Positions 51,044 to 64,000 of a stretch of 64,000 nucleotides of DNA are shown here, piece by piece. The stretch spans positions 427,820-491,819 of the forward strand of contig NMRA01000343.1 of assembly GCA_002633005.1 (NCBI GenBank). The letters run 5' to 3'. The first letter of the stretch is position 1. Each line of letters starts with the position of its first letter. Position numbers and translations under genes: made by a program. Under the pieces are notes generated by a model, which was not told where the DNA came from, did not search any database, and saw only the letters and a list, made by a program, of their open reading frames with translations. The stretch is from Phoronis australis (Eukaryota; Animalia; Phoronida).

Positions 51044-53706
51044 AACCATGGCGACCGTGATTTCATACCTTCGGGTCTCACTGTTTCTCACTTGTTGTTG
51101 TTAACTGAGGGCAATGAGGTACTATAGGTTTTATTGCTTCTTAAGAATTGGTTTTCTTTTACCTTATTGCAGTTGTTTGTTCCGACTTGGCCATTCGTCA
51201 AAAGACAGGACTTTGGCTGACCAGTCTACAATTAACATGCGGGACCTGACGTCGCGAGCAGTTTACAAATGCTGCTACAGGTCCACGAATAACACCAGAG
51301 CCAAGAGTTATGGTACCGTTCAGCTGGAAGTCACCGGTTCAGTCTACATGCGTGTACTCGTATGAGCCATCAAAATCTGAACAAACACTTGTTTGATTTG
51401 GAAAAGAGAAGTAAAACTACTCGCCAGTCATTCAGGCATCTGTCTTTATTCGTGTACAGCTGTTTCACGCCTGGTTTTAGACAGTTTCCCAAGAAGATTA
51501 AATTTCTGCTAAAAAAGTACATTGATAGTAAGACAACGGTATTAATAACAAAGTGAATATTCGTTTGATAAAAATGTTCCAGGAGTGAAACACTGTAAAT
51601 GTTCTAAAATATAATCATTTCATTTAAGTTTTGTGAACAGTGTTTAATCATAGTATTTGAAAGTATACATCAACTTGAACAGCAATTTGAAAGTTAGTGA
51701 AATGTAGACATTTTTTCTATGGTCATACGTGACCTAAACAAGGACGACCTTGACCTCGCCAACACTAGCAGCGAACCAAAGATGTCGTTGAGCCACCAGA
51801 GACGGAAAGGTAAAAAACATCTCTGGAGTTGCCTCTTACGTGAAGGCGCACGCCATGAGATGCTATCCTACCCAATACATGAAGGACGATGGAGGTGTTA
51901 AACTTTCGTTATTGATATCAGTTTTGTCTGGCTGTTTCTTGCAGTTACAGTTCCCCACCTTTGACAACTCTGTGTGGTGTATAGATCTTTGCAATCATGT
52001 AATTTCAAGTATTGCGTATTGACTGTATTTTAGTTGTGCTGTTAGTTGTACTCAAGTATTGGTGCTTGGGTGGTGATGACGCACATGTACTTAATAGATA
52101 GATCTCTCCATCCATCAAATCCATTACCATTCACTTGCACTAGACGTATGTTACTTGTCTTGCTGGTATATTCGCGTTGACGCTATCGCTCATTCTAACC
52201 CCGACTAAAATTGCACTAGCATACTAACACAAGCCCTGACATTAAAAGAAATACAGCATGAAAAAATCCAATTGACGTTCAAGGTCGCATCCTGAATGGT
52301 ATTATTTGAATTCCTCCGCAGATGCCGCAATCAGATGGAGCTGAGAAGTGGCTGCCGTGACATTTGACAAGGATTTTTCAGTTAGTAATACTATTCGAAT
52401 TGCAAATTGAAAACATTAGTTGATTCCTCGATTGTTATTAATTCCGGTTTTTGTTTATTTACGCGCGATATTCACGCAGCAACGATACGATGCTACCCAC
52501 GGATAACCAAAACGGAAGAAGAACGATGGAAGACCGAAATTAACTACCGAAGACTAAAATTAAGCAGGTAATTGGCGTAGCTTGCGAATCATAACACATT
52601 AGTGTAAATAGGATCGAGCCCGATGCTGTGAAGGTTCAGAAGCCTGGAGGCAAATTATGCGACAAATGAAAATTGTTTTTATAAAGGCCCTATAATTCCG
52701 AAGGTTCAGAATTCAAACAGATAGAAAAGCCAGTTAGTTCGAAGCTATTCCAAAGGTCCATGACACCCACAAGCGATTCAAGTCATCGACAGCGAAGCAC
52801 CATACTTTTAGTGGCTGTAAACCAAAATTTGAAAATGTAAGATGCAGCTCAGTGACCATTGCCGAACTTTGTTTGGATTCTATTGAGTAGCATAGGCTCT
52901 TCAAAGAACTAGTTTCAAACGGACATGTGTACATGTATATATGCTCAGAACATCTTGCTCGAAATCACTGTTCAAAACCTCGTGTCCTGAAAGTTCGAAC
53001 TTTAATCTTTCGAATTGATAGACTTTTGGACTTGTGTGAAACTTCGAATTTAGGGACTTTTGGTCTAGTTAACGTTCAGACCTAGGAATACCGTGATGTC
53101 ATACCATCGACCTAAACTCTCTCACTTTTAGATATCAATTCCGGTCATATTGGTTTTTCACTTCTAAGAGGTTGATTTCCTTTTAATCTTATTGTAGATG
53201 TCTAACGACTTGGCTATTTGTCGAACAACTGGATTTTGGCTGACATGTAAAGCATGCAGGAACTAACGTAGCGAGCAGTTACAGTATACCAAAGGTGCCG
53301 TAAGACCACTAACACTATTGCCACCGGATCCAAAAGGTATGGTGCAGTTCATCTGTCAACATGCTGGAAGTTAGCGGTTTCGACAACATGTGTGTACTCC
53401 AGAGTGCCATCAAAATATGACCAAATGCTTGTTTGATTTGGAAAAGCGAAGTGAATAATCTACTTGCCAATCATTCAGGCATTTGTATTTGTTGATGTAC
53501 TCTGTTTCATACCTGGTTTCAGGGCACAGTCTCTCAAAAACCATAAAACTTAGCAAAAAACAAAGGCACGTTGATAGTAAGACAACGGTATCAATAACAA
53601 GATCGAAAGTATTCCTGAAGGGATCTCAGAAATAAGTGTTAGTCGTCTAAAATATGATCATTTCATTTTCGTTGTGTGAACTGTATTTAAATCAAAGTAT
53701 TTGACA

Positions 53707-56582
53707 TTTTTATGCGCCCACATATTTATATGCGGACGCCGTCATCTCCGTCCGTCCGTCCGTCCGTCCGTCCGTCCGTCCGTCCGTCCGTCCGTCCGTC
53801 CGTCCGTCCGTCCGTCCGTCCGTCCGTCCGTGCGGCGTCCGTCCGTCCGTCCGTCCGGCGTCCGGCGTCCGCTGCTCTATCTCCAACACCCTTTGACTTA
53901 TGTTCATGAAATTTGACACATATGTTCCATTCATGAATGGGACGTCATGAGCGAACTTTCGGATGGATCCGACTACCGTTGTGTTCCCTAGTGGCAATTT
54001 TAGTTTTTTACGCTTACCTTTGAGTCTTGAAAAGTCCTAAACGGATTTTCGTGAAATTTGGTATGTAGGCACCTATTAGTGAGATGACGCTATCCTCCCG
54101 TTTTCGGATGGATTCGACTTAGTTTGCGCCACCTAGAGGACATTTTTACTGTTTTCGAGTCTGTTTTTTTGCATCCATCCCTCTATCAACCAAACCGCTC
54201 AAAGGATGATTGTGAAAATTGGCATGTATGTGCTTACTATAGACAGAGATCGTGTAACTTCGTACTATAGTTTACATAACAGCCACAGGCTTCGCATACC
54301 AAAGTCAGCCATTACACGAGTGCTCAAAACAAAAACGGCACAGCTGTTCAGCATGGTAGTGAGATAATCAAAGTCATATTCCTGTGTTGTATAAGGTTTC
54401 TGTTTTATTAAATATGTGATCTGACATGAATTTGTTGTTTGTTTATTATTCTAATCTGGGTTTTAATTATTTCAAATGGATCTGCTCCAGCGTTGGTCAT
54501 GTACTGTTATGATTTGTTTACATTCTTGAGGCTGAACTACATGTCCCCTGGAATCTATTCACACACTTCTTAACAGATGACACAGTGTTCACAGAAACAT
54601 CCCAGAGCCAAATAACCATTTCCTAATATTGCAACATTGTGATGAATTTCGTATGATTTCCATTAGTTGACCTTAGTGAATTACTAAAACAATCTTAAGA
54701 ACTGTTATTAAGATTGTTTTCGTGTGTCACTTAGTTCAGTTGCACCACATTACTGTCCTGGTGATACCCACATCAAACAGTTCGTTTAAAAAATGGTATC
54801 AACAACCATGTTTTGTACTGGGCTTAAGAAAGCAAAACTAGTTCTTTACACAACTGACAATGGCCGTTGATCACATTTGTTTTATGCCAAAACAGAAGCA
54901 TCACCTTTATTTACGTAGGCGCTAATTTTAAAGTTTGTGACAATGACTTTATTATGACGTAGATGTGCTACACAGTGAAAGCTTTGTTGAGCAAACTGGT
55001 GCACGGTTGCGTACTTTTACTTTCAGAAACTTCTTGAAGCAGCCCATGTTACCACTTGGAATGGGCAACTTAAAAACTCCGGAAGTTAGTCCATGTTTTC
55101 CAAATTTTGATCTCTGATTAGATCAGCACATAGCCGGTTCACAAGCCCAGCACGTACAGAAAATCCAGTAGTTATCCACTGATTCTGTGCTTTACAGTGG
55201 AATACTGGTACTCAAAATTTTGAAAACTTAAGTATCCGTATTGCTCGCTCCAAATGAATTCTTACTGTTGAAATGCGCCATGTTTTTGTCAGACCTTTTT
55301 TACTAATTGCTGTGACTTGCCTTTGGTGAAACCTGGTATGTTTAACTTAACTCGTCTTGGAAACCGGAGTTCATCAATAGTCACACCTCTGTCTGCCATA
55401 ACTTTGTCTTTGGGTAAAAGGTATTTCAGAAATCCAGATTTTTGAACAATGTATTTGTCAAAACCCCTGCCCCCCAAATGCTTTAGATACGTACATGGTT
55501 TCCCCTCATTTTTAGTGCAATTGCAACCATATACTTTGTAGTATTGTGCGATTTGTACTAGCTTTATGTTTCACCCCCTATCAATGATTTCAAATCTGCT
55601 GATCTGCTACCAAATACAAAACACAAGCAGGCACACCATCAGAAGACTTGTTTTACAGACGGGCTATACTGACTGCAGTGTTTAGTCTAGCATGCCTGTA
55701 ATGGTGTGACCTCAATATGGCGCTCCCCAGGAATTCGGCAGTTTCCTTAATGGAATCTGTCTATAAAGACAAAGATACTATAAAATCTTTGATAAAGAGG
55801 ACGGTTGACGATGATTTTCCGATGATTTCGACTACTGTGGCGCCTTTTAATGGCAGGATCTTTACTTAATTTAGCAAGTGTACTTATATGATGTTGACTA
55901 CGGATAACGACGACTTTCGGACAGATGTCACTACTGCTGTGCCTCCTAGTGGCAATTTTAGTTTTTTTACCTTTAACTCTGTATCTTCAAAGATCCTCAA
56001 TAGATTTTCATAAAATTTTGAATATAGGCATCTATTGTTGTAATAACGCTATCTTCACGTTTTTGGATGGAATCGAGGTATTTTGCACCACCTAGTGGCC
56101 ATTTTTGCTGTTTTCAAATCTTGTTTTTGGCGTCCACCCCTGTATCAACCGAATCATTTGAAAATTGGCATATATGTTCTCGGTGTGAAGACGAGCTTTG
56201 ATGATGGTGACTGACTACTGTGGCGCCTCCTAGTGGTAGTTTTGTTTTGCGCCCATAGTTGTATCTCCTAAGCCCACTGCAGGATCTTTACTAAATTTAG
56301 TAGGTTTATTTATTTGAAGATAAAAACAGACGACTACGACTTTCAGGCGGATCCAACGGACACTGTTTCCACTAGTGGCAATTTCATTTTATTCTGTTTT
56401 CCTTTGTTTCTCTGAAGTTCCTTGACAGATATTTATGAAATATGGCATGTTCCTGTTTTTGGATGGATTGTATGTTTTTGCGCCATCTAGTGGCCATTTT
56501 TATTATACAAATAAATAACCCTAAAAGCACACCATTTGCAATGCATTCGTGGGCGCATTTCAACGCTCCGCGCTGCTCTTGT
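53707..56582 (+). mobile_element. HINE-like element with long (CGTC)n tract, split by an ISL2EU insertion
   Basis: tttttatgcgcccac, (CGTC)n at ~53747-53860, subrepeats, and 3' gtgggcgcatttcaacgctccgcgctgctcttgt. Confidence 0.8.
54241..55762 (-). mobile_element. Internally deleted ISL2EU/Harbinger-type DNA transposon
   Basis: TIR agacaga...tctgtct with AT TSD. DDE_Tnp_4-type remnant YKSHNTTKYMVAIA / GGRGFDKYIVQKSGFLKYLLPKDKVMADRGVTI...LNIPGF / RIHLERAIRILK. Confidence 0.85.
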
Positions 56583-57150
56583 TGGAATTGTAAACGTTCA
56601 AACCCTCGAACATCGTGGTTTCATACCTTCTGCCCACACTCTATCTCACTTGTAGTTTTCAATTCAGATCCTATGGTGACATTGCGAGAAGTGACAGTGT
56701 ACCAAAGGTGTCGCAGTACCACTTACACGATTAACACTAGAGCCGAAAGGTATGGTGACGTTCAGCTGTAAAAGTCACGGATATAATTACATGTTTTAAC
56801 TGCATGCATTCTATGAGCCATCAAAACTACCGAACACTTGTTTGATTTGGAAAAGCAAAGTGAAAAATCTACTCGCCAGTCATCCAGGCTTCTGTCTTTG
56901 TTCGTGTACACTGCCGTTGCACACCTGTTTCAGCGCACAGACCCTCAAAAACCGCAAAATGTAACAAAAGACAAAGGCACGTTGATAGTAAAACAGCGGT
57001 ATCAATAACAGATATAATATCATTTGATGAAAACCTTCCTGAAGGGATTTCAGAAACACAGTTATTGTTCCAAAACATGAGCATTTCGTTTTCGTTTTAT
57101 GAACGCTGTATGAATTATGGTATTCGAATACTTTACTTAAATCTGAACAG

Positions 57151-58669
57151 TTTTTTTATGCGCCCACATATTTATAGGTGGACGCATTATGCCGTCATCT
57201 CCGTCCGTCCCGGCGTCCATCCGGCGTCCGGCCTCCGCTGCTCTATCTCCAAAACGCCTTGACGAATGTTCATGAAATTTTGCGCGTTCCTTCCGTGGAT
57301 GGGACGGCATGAGTGAACTTTCGGACGGATGCGACTACCGGTGTGACCCCTAGTGGCAATTTTAGTTTTTTACGCTTACCTATGTGTCTTCAAAAGTGCT
57401 TAACGGATTTTCATAAAATTTGATATATAGGCACCTATTAGTGAGATGACGCTATCCTTCCGATTTCAGATGGATTTGACGTAATTTGCGCCACCTAGTG
57501 GCCATTTTTACTGTTTTCTTGTCTGTTTTTTGCGTCCACCCCTCCATCAACCAAACCGCTCAAAGGATGATTGTGAAAATTGACATGTATGTTCTAACTA
57601 TGAAGTGGACGGCTGACGATGATTTTCCGACGACTTCGACTACTGTGGCGCCTCCTAGTGGCAGTTTTTTTGCGCCTAATGGCTGTATCCCCGAAACCGT
57701 TCGCAGGATCTTTACTAAAATTAGTAGGTGTATTTACATGATGTTAACAACGGAGGACGACGGTTTTCAGACGGATCTGACTACTGGTGTGTATGTTCAA
57801 AGGTCCTTAATGTATTTCCATAAAATTTGGCATACAGGCATCTGTTAATGAGGTGACGCTATTTCTCTGTTTTCAGATGGATTCGACCTAGTTTGCGCCA
57901 CCTAGTGGTCATTTTTCCTGTTTTCGCTCATGACTGTATTTATTAAACCGTTTGCAGGACATTTACTTAATTTAGCATTAATAATTGTATTGATATAATG
58001 TTAACAATGGACGACGATGACTTTCGGACGGATCTGACCACTAGTGTGCCCCCTAGTGGCAATTTTAGTTTTTACGTTTACCAGTCTGTATCTTCAAAGG
58101 TCCTCAACAGAGTTTCATAAATTTTGAATATCGGCATTTGTTGGTGAGATGACGCTATCACCCTGTTTTTTGGATGGAATCGAGGTATTTTACGCCACCT
58201 GGTGGCGTCCACACCTCGATCAACCAAAGCATTCTGGGGATGGTTTTGAAAATTGGCGTATATATTTTCAGTGTGAAGAGGACATTTGATGATGGCGACT
58301 GACTACAGTGGCGCCTCCTAGTGGTAGTTTTGTTTTGTTTTTCACCTTTAGCTGTATCTCCAAATCCCACTGCAGGATCTTTATTAAATTAAGTAAGTGA
58401 ATTTTTATGAAAATAACAGGCGGCGACTTTTAGGCGGATGGAACGGACCTTGTGCCTACAATTGGCAATTTCATTTTGTTCTGTTTTCCTTTGTTTCTCT
58501 GAATTTCCTTGACAGATTTTTATGAAAAATGGCATGTTCCCGTTTTTAGATGGATTGTACGCTTTTGCGCCATCTAGTGGCAATTTTTATGGTACAAATA
58601 AAGAACCCTAAAAGCACACCATTTGCGATGCATTCGTGGGCGCATTTCAACGCTCCGCGTTGCTCTTGT
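57151..58669 (+). mobile_element. Complete HINE-like element (~1.5 kb)
   Basis: Subterminal inverted repeat atgcgcccac/gtgggcgcat, CGTC tract, tandem ~130-150-bp subrepeats, 3' hairpin caacgc-tcc-gcgttg then ctcttgt. Inserted in a T run of the 2-kb unit. Confidence 0.85.
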
Positions 58670-60355
58670 CTATGATATAAACCGTCAAAGTTAGAGAAAT
58701 GTAGACATTAAAGATCATACAGAAGCTAAACAAACAGGACCCTGACCTCGTCCCCAGCAAGTTGCCTATTCCGTGAAGGCGCGGGCCATGAGGTGCTGCC
58801 TTAGCAGATACATGAAGGACAACAGGGGTGTTTAACTTTCGTTATTAATGTTGGCTGCATTTTAGTTGCACTCTGGCTTCTTCTCATGTATCAATGTTTG
58901 GGTTGTGATGACGCACATTTATTCCAGTGAATTTATCTGTCCGTCTATCAAATGTATTACTATTCTCCTGGACAAGACATTTGTAACTTTTGTTACGTTT
59001 TCTTGGTGGTTTTTTCGCGTTGACGCTTACGCTATTTCTGATCCTGACTAACACTTACACTAACATACTAATACAAGCACTTACATACCACGAAAGAAAG
59101 CATGAATAAACGAAAATGAAGTTCAATTCTCAAAATGGTGTTTTTTTTTAAATTCCTCTGCAGATGCCACAACCAGATGGACTTGAGCAGTAGTTCCCGT
59201 GGTCGATTTCTGCCGGCACAGGGTCAAGGATTTTTCATTTTGCATCCGAGCGGCAAATTGAAAGCAGGTGATTTGTCGATTATTTCAAAGTTTTATTATA
59301 CAAGTTTTTGTCTATTTACACGCTATACCCATACCCCAACGATATGCTGCGACCCAAGGATACCAAAAAACGGAAGAAGAAGGGTTTAAGACGAAAATTA
59401 TGAAGGTGAACTAACGTTTCTTGCATTTCATACAGCTTTAGTATAAGGGTACATCTCGGCACTCTGAAAGTTCTGAAGTCCTGACACCCAAAATACGTCT
59501 ATTGAAAATGCTTTTAAAAAGGCCTTATCTGGCCGAAAAGAAAGCTAGTTAGTTCAAAACTGGTTCGAACATCTATGATACTACAGACCTCAACGACAGC
59601 AGAGCAGCAAAGTCTTAGCTGCGGTGAACCGAAATATGAAAATGTAAATTAAAGCGACAGCTCAGTGCTCATTGAAAATTTTTGTTTGGATCCTTCCCAG
59701 AGACACTGACTCTTTGAAGAACTGGTTTCAAACAGGCACGTGCTTACAAACCTACGAACGTTTTGCTGGAAGTCATTGTTCAGAACCTCGTGTCATAAAA
59801 TTTCGAACTTTTAGCTTTCGAACTAATGGACTTCAGGACTTGTGTGGATCTTCGGATTTATGTATTTGTGGACTTGCAAAACTTGGGAACCATGAATACC
59901 GGGAATTCATAACTTCGGCCAACTCTTTCTCACTTCTAGTTTAAAATTGAGGTCGTATGTTTTTACCACTTGCAATGGGTTGATTTCCTTTTAACCTTAT
60001 TGTAGATTTTTTAGAGATTTGACCATTCGTTGAAACGCTGGACTTCGACGTTGCAAACAATGACAGTGTACCAAAGTACCACTTACACGAATGACACCAG
60101 GGCCAAAAGGTATGGTGCTGTTCAGTTATAAACACCCTAGAAGCTAAGTTTCGAATGCATGCGAGTTCTATGAGCCATCAAAACTTTACCGAACACTTGT
60201 TTGATTTGGAAAAGCAAAGTGAAAAATCTACTCGCCAGCCATTCAGCCATCTGTCTTTGTTCATATACACTCTTTCACACCAGGTTTCATCACATAAAAG
60301 ACAAATTCACATTGATAGTAAAACAACTGTATCAATAACAAAATCGAATTTGATT

Positions 60356-60633
60356 TAATGAAGTGACTTTAAACACTTGATGGAACTGTGCTCAACCGCC
60401 ATCTTCAGTTGGTCTCCTACTGTCCTTAATTGTTTCGTCCCTAAACCAAGACCATCTCTAGAAGGCGGGACAACAAGAGTTGATCAGGCTCTGTCTGACG
60501 GTTGTTGGTGGTGTTGCTGTTGGTATTTCATCCAAATCCAACAAGATGCCTGTTCAACTTCAGTGGCTACGTCGCGTATAAGAGCCTTCTTTCTTGACAC
60601 GGAGACGCCAAGAGACCTCGCCATGGTAATGAG
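60356..60633 (-). mobile_element. 3' end of a HERO-like (RLE-type) non-LTR retrotransposon
   Basis: MARSLGVSVSRKKALIRDVATEVEQASCWIWMKY resembles the HERO C-terminal AExASxWLW motif. Followed by a short 3' UTR. It is an insertion relative to other 2-kb units. Confidence 0.6.
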
Positions 60634-62779
60634 CGAAATTATTCCATAAGTGATATCAGAAACACTCTTAATGTTCTAAAGTGTGATCATTTCCTTTTCA
60701 TTTTTTGGACCGTGTTTAAATCTTAGTATTTGAACAGTTTACCTAAATCTGACCATCGATTTCTGAGATATAAGCCTTCAAACTCAAAAAACCCCATAAA
60801 ATTTAGCAAAAAAAAAACCCCAAACATTGTTAGTAAAACAATGGTATCAATATAACATAATCAAAATATATTTGATAAAAATATTCGGGAAGTGATCACA
60901 GAAACACTGTTGATGTGGTGAACTATGATCAATTCATTTTCGTGTTGTGATAGGTGTTTAAATCATAGTATGTGGCATTTGACCTAAATCTGAACAGCTA
61001 TTTTTGAGGGTCATACAGAACCTGAACAAGCAGGACCCTGACCTATCAACCACTTCCAGTGAACGAGGGATGTCACCGGACCACCAACACAAAATAACAC
61101 CAGAGACGGAAATCTAAAAAAGACCAGGAAGTTGCCTCTTCCGTGAGGGCACGTCGACGAGATGAGGTCTTACCCGATACATAGGGGACGATAGAATTAT
61201 ATAACTTTCATTACTGAATGCAATGTGATCTCGCTGACACTTGCAGTTACAGCTCTCCACCTGTGACAACTGTGTTATATCCAGATTATTGTAATAAAGT
61301 GTTTACTGTATTTTTGTTGTACTCTAGGTTGTACTCATGTTTTAGTATTTGGGATGTGATGATACACGCTAATGCTACTTCTAATAACGACTAACAATTG
61401 CACTAACATACTAAGACAAGCCATAACATACTAAGAAAAATAGAATGGCTGAATCCAAAATACGTTCAAGGTTCAAAGTTCAATGGTGAATTCCTTTGCA
61501 GATGCCACAAGTAGCTGAACAGTGGTTCCCATGATCGACTTCTGCCGTGGCGCAGACAAGGATTTCTCAATTAATATGGGAGTGGCAAATTAAAAACATT
61601 AGTTGATATCTCGATTGTTTGTAAATTTTATTAATGCACGTTTTTGTTTATTTGATCGCCATAACGATCGCAACAACGATACCACGCAGCCCACAGGTAA
61701 CCAAAACCGAACAAGAAGGATGAACGACGAAAATTAACAACCGGACACTAAAATTAAGAAAGTAATTAAACGTAGCTTGCCAGTCATAGTGCATTAGTAT
61801 AAATAGGGTGGAGCTCGATACACAGAAGCTTAACATATCTGAAGGCAAATTATGGGGCTACTAAAAGTAAAAGGCCCTGTAAGGTCGAAGGCTCACCAAT
61901 CCGACAGGAAGTAAAGCTATTTAGGTCGAAACTAGTCCGAATGTCTATGAGCCCAGAAACCCGTGACTTAATGTCATCGCCAGCGGTGCAGCAAGACTGT
62001 AGTAGCGGTAAAGGAAAATTTAAAAATATAAATAAATGTAATAGCGCAGTGTACATTGCCAAAGATTTCTTAGGTCATTTCGAGAGGCACTAAAATACAT
62101 TTATTCTAATGTCGTTTTGTGAACAGTGTTTGAATCACAATATTTGAAAGTTTTACACAAATGTTAGAGATATAAACCTTCAAAGTTGGAGAAATGTATA
62201 CGTTATTCCTTGAGTCATAAAGGACCTGGACAAGCAGGGCAGTGACTTCGTCACCAATGCCAGTGAAGCAAAGATGTCCCTGAACCACCAAGACAAAATA
62301 ACTCCAAAGTCGGAAAGGTAAAAAAATCCCGGAAGTTGCCTCTTCCGTGAGGTCGTGCATCATGAGATGAATGAAAAATCAGACATCCGACTTTGCTCTT
62401 GTACACGGTTTCACACCTGGTTTCAGGGCATAGTCTCTAATTCTGTGGAGCAGAAGACTGGTAGTTTTGTAATTTCATTTCGGGTGATCTGTGTTACATT
62501 CCTTCTCGGAGGTTAATTTCATTTAGTCTTAATTGCTTTATGTAATTTAAGTGACTTTGCCTGTTGTTAAACCACTAGATTTTGATTGAATTGTCTATCA
62601 TTAACATGCGGGACCACGGCGTCACAACCAGTTACAGCGCACCAAATTTCCTGCAGTACCACAAACACGATCGACAACAGAGTCTCAAGATTTCATGATG
62701 TCATTTTAATAACTAGAGGTGGGGATTTCTTTCTTAAAGCTGATGGACCTGAATTTCCTTGGCTAACAAGGCGTTTAAT

Positions 62780-63600
62780 AATGCATCGAAGCGAACTAAG
62801 AATATTTATTCGAATATTCTCCATCAATTGTCTTGAAAAAGCCTGTTCCAGTCAACATTCTTCAAAGCTTTCAAGTGGCGTAAGACAAGATGGTATACTA
62901 TTGGGCAACCTTTTCAATGTGGACATGGTTGGACTTGTATCATTTTGAGTGACTCTATAATTGTCTGTGCAGTCATATCTCCTGTGTACGTCAATCATCT
63001 TATGCATGCCGAAGATCTTGTTCTGTTCTTACCCACAGTTGATGGTATTTTTGAACCTCTTGCAGTAAGTGGGCATTATGGTAAACCACATGAGCTTGAA
63101 TATCATTATCAAGGGTACTGTTATGTGTTTTAAAAGTAGATTGTTAGGAACTTCTGTATTGCACAGCTTATATTAATGTGGTGATCCTTTAAATATTGTA
63201 CAAGAGATAGAATATTTGGTGATATTATAATTAGTTTCACTATGGATAGCTGTGACATCTCACGAAGACGGAAAAAGCTATATATCCAAGCCTACTATAT
63301 AACTAAAAAAATTCTATATGAGTAGTCTCCCTGTCAAAATCAGATGCGTATCACTTTTTGTGCTCCAATGCATACTGCCCACCGGTTGATGGAATTTCAA
63401 CATGTTTAATACCTCATATCGTTATCAAGAGTTTCATAGGCTTTTCTAAATTTGAAGGTTCCAGTACTGTACATTTTGATGCTCAGTGTTGTATGTAGAT
63501 TCTGCACAAACGTATTTACACAATTTGATATGATGTCGGAGACATTTCTACTGTCATTGAATGAATGAATCCGATCTTAAGTTTTCTTCTAAAATCCGTA
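62780..63600 (+). mobile_element. Highly degraded LINE reverse transcriptase
   Basis: SGVRQDGILLGNLFNVDM and VNHLMHAEDLVL (GVRQG and YADD derivatives) with frameshifts. Confidence 0.75.
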
Positions 63601-64000
63601 TTCGTGCAGTTTGTATTAGGGTTTATATTTTCAAATAATTTAGTATAGGTTAACTTTTGTAAAACTTGCAATGAAGTTATATTTCAAGCGTTGGTTTCTT
63701 ACGGTCACATTTTCATGTTGTACTGTTCAAAGTATTTCAGTAATCTTTACTTTATACCTATAAGTTTCTATCTAGAATTAACTAAGCAGTCGCAAGAGTA
63801 GATGTGGCAATATAGCATGCATAAGATTGACTTGAGGTTCAGGGGTCTAGATGACGTGACTGCCGTCGGAATGTTCAAACGTGGTTTGATTACAAAACAA
63901 TAAACAGCTGAAGAGTATTCCACAGGATGACATAAATAAGCAACAACACGTTTGTGTACATTGATTAAAAGATTCACCGAACGGCAACGGCAACGGCAAC

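Larger units (their letters stand above)
47930..62600. repeat. Diverged tandem array of a ~2-kb unit (about 5-6 full or partial copies) interrupted by TEs
   Basis: cttgtttgatttggaaaag at 51388, 53428, 56837, 60196. attcct..gca.a.gcc at ~48316, 52310, 59152, 61490. actaaaattaag at 48562, 52553, 61747. Uninterrupted period 2040 nt. Confidence 0.85.

Noticed and set aside
53701-53997. RPSV/TDGR repeat ORFs
   Set aside because: (CGTC)n microsatellite of the HINE.
55480-55531. YGCNC on the minus strand as the missing PLA2 Ca-loop exon
   Set aside because: It is an alternative frame of the ISL2EU transposase (KYMVAIA) and lacks the CG.GG..G.P.D context.
57300-58600. Regularly spaced cctagtggc motifs resembling a CRISPR array
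   Set aside because: The intervening sequences are homologous diverged subrepeats, the context is eukaryotic, and no cas genes are present.

Overview
AT-rich, intron-containing eukaryotic DNA. The repeat families resemble those of marine lophotrochozoan invertebrates, but the taxon is an inference. Almost all short ORFs in the track are noise. Two host loci, both on the minus strand, can be built by hand from GT-AG junctions. (1) The first five coding exons of an AMPA-like ionotropic glutamate receptor (signal peptide plus amino-terminal domain, 14356 down to 706, all intron phases compatible; the gene continues off the left edge). (2) A secreted phospholipase A2 locus (~17-29.6 kb) with two copies of the catalytic CCxxHDxCY exon and three copies of the terminal exon. 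Some copies are frameshifted, and I found no Ca-loop exon in the window. The rest is mobile DNA: Penelope-like elements with minimal hammerhead ribozymes (one with an apparently intact core ~95 nt upstream of a PLA2 splice acceptor), L1/Tx1, CR1/L2/RTE-type and HERO-type LINE fragments, Helentron-associated (HINE/DINE-like) elements carrying nested P/THAP and ISL2EU insertions, MITEs, tRNA-derived SINE heads, and a diverged ~2-kb tandem macro-repeat over ~48-62.6 kb. There is an 839-nt assembly gap. No prokaryotic genes, CRISPR array or rRNA were seen. All family calls come from motif recognition by eye, not database searches.
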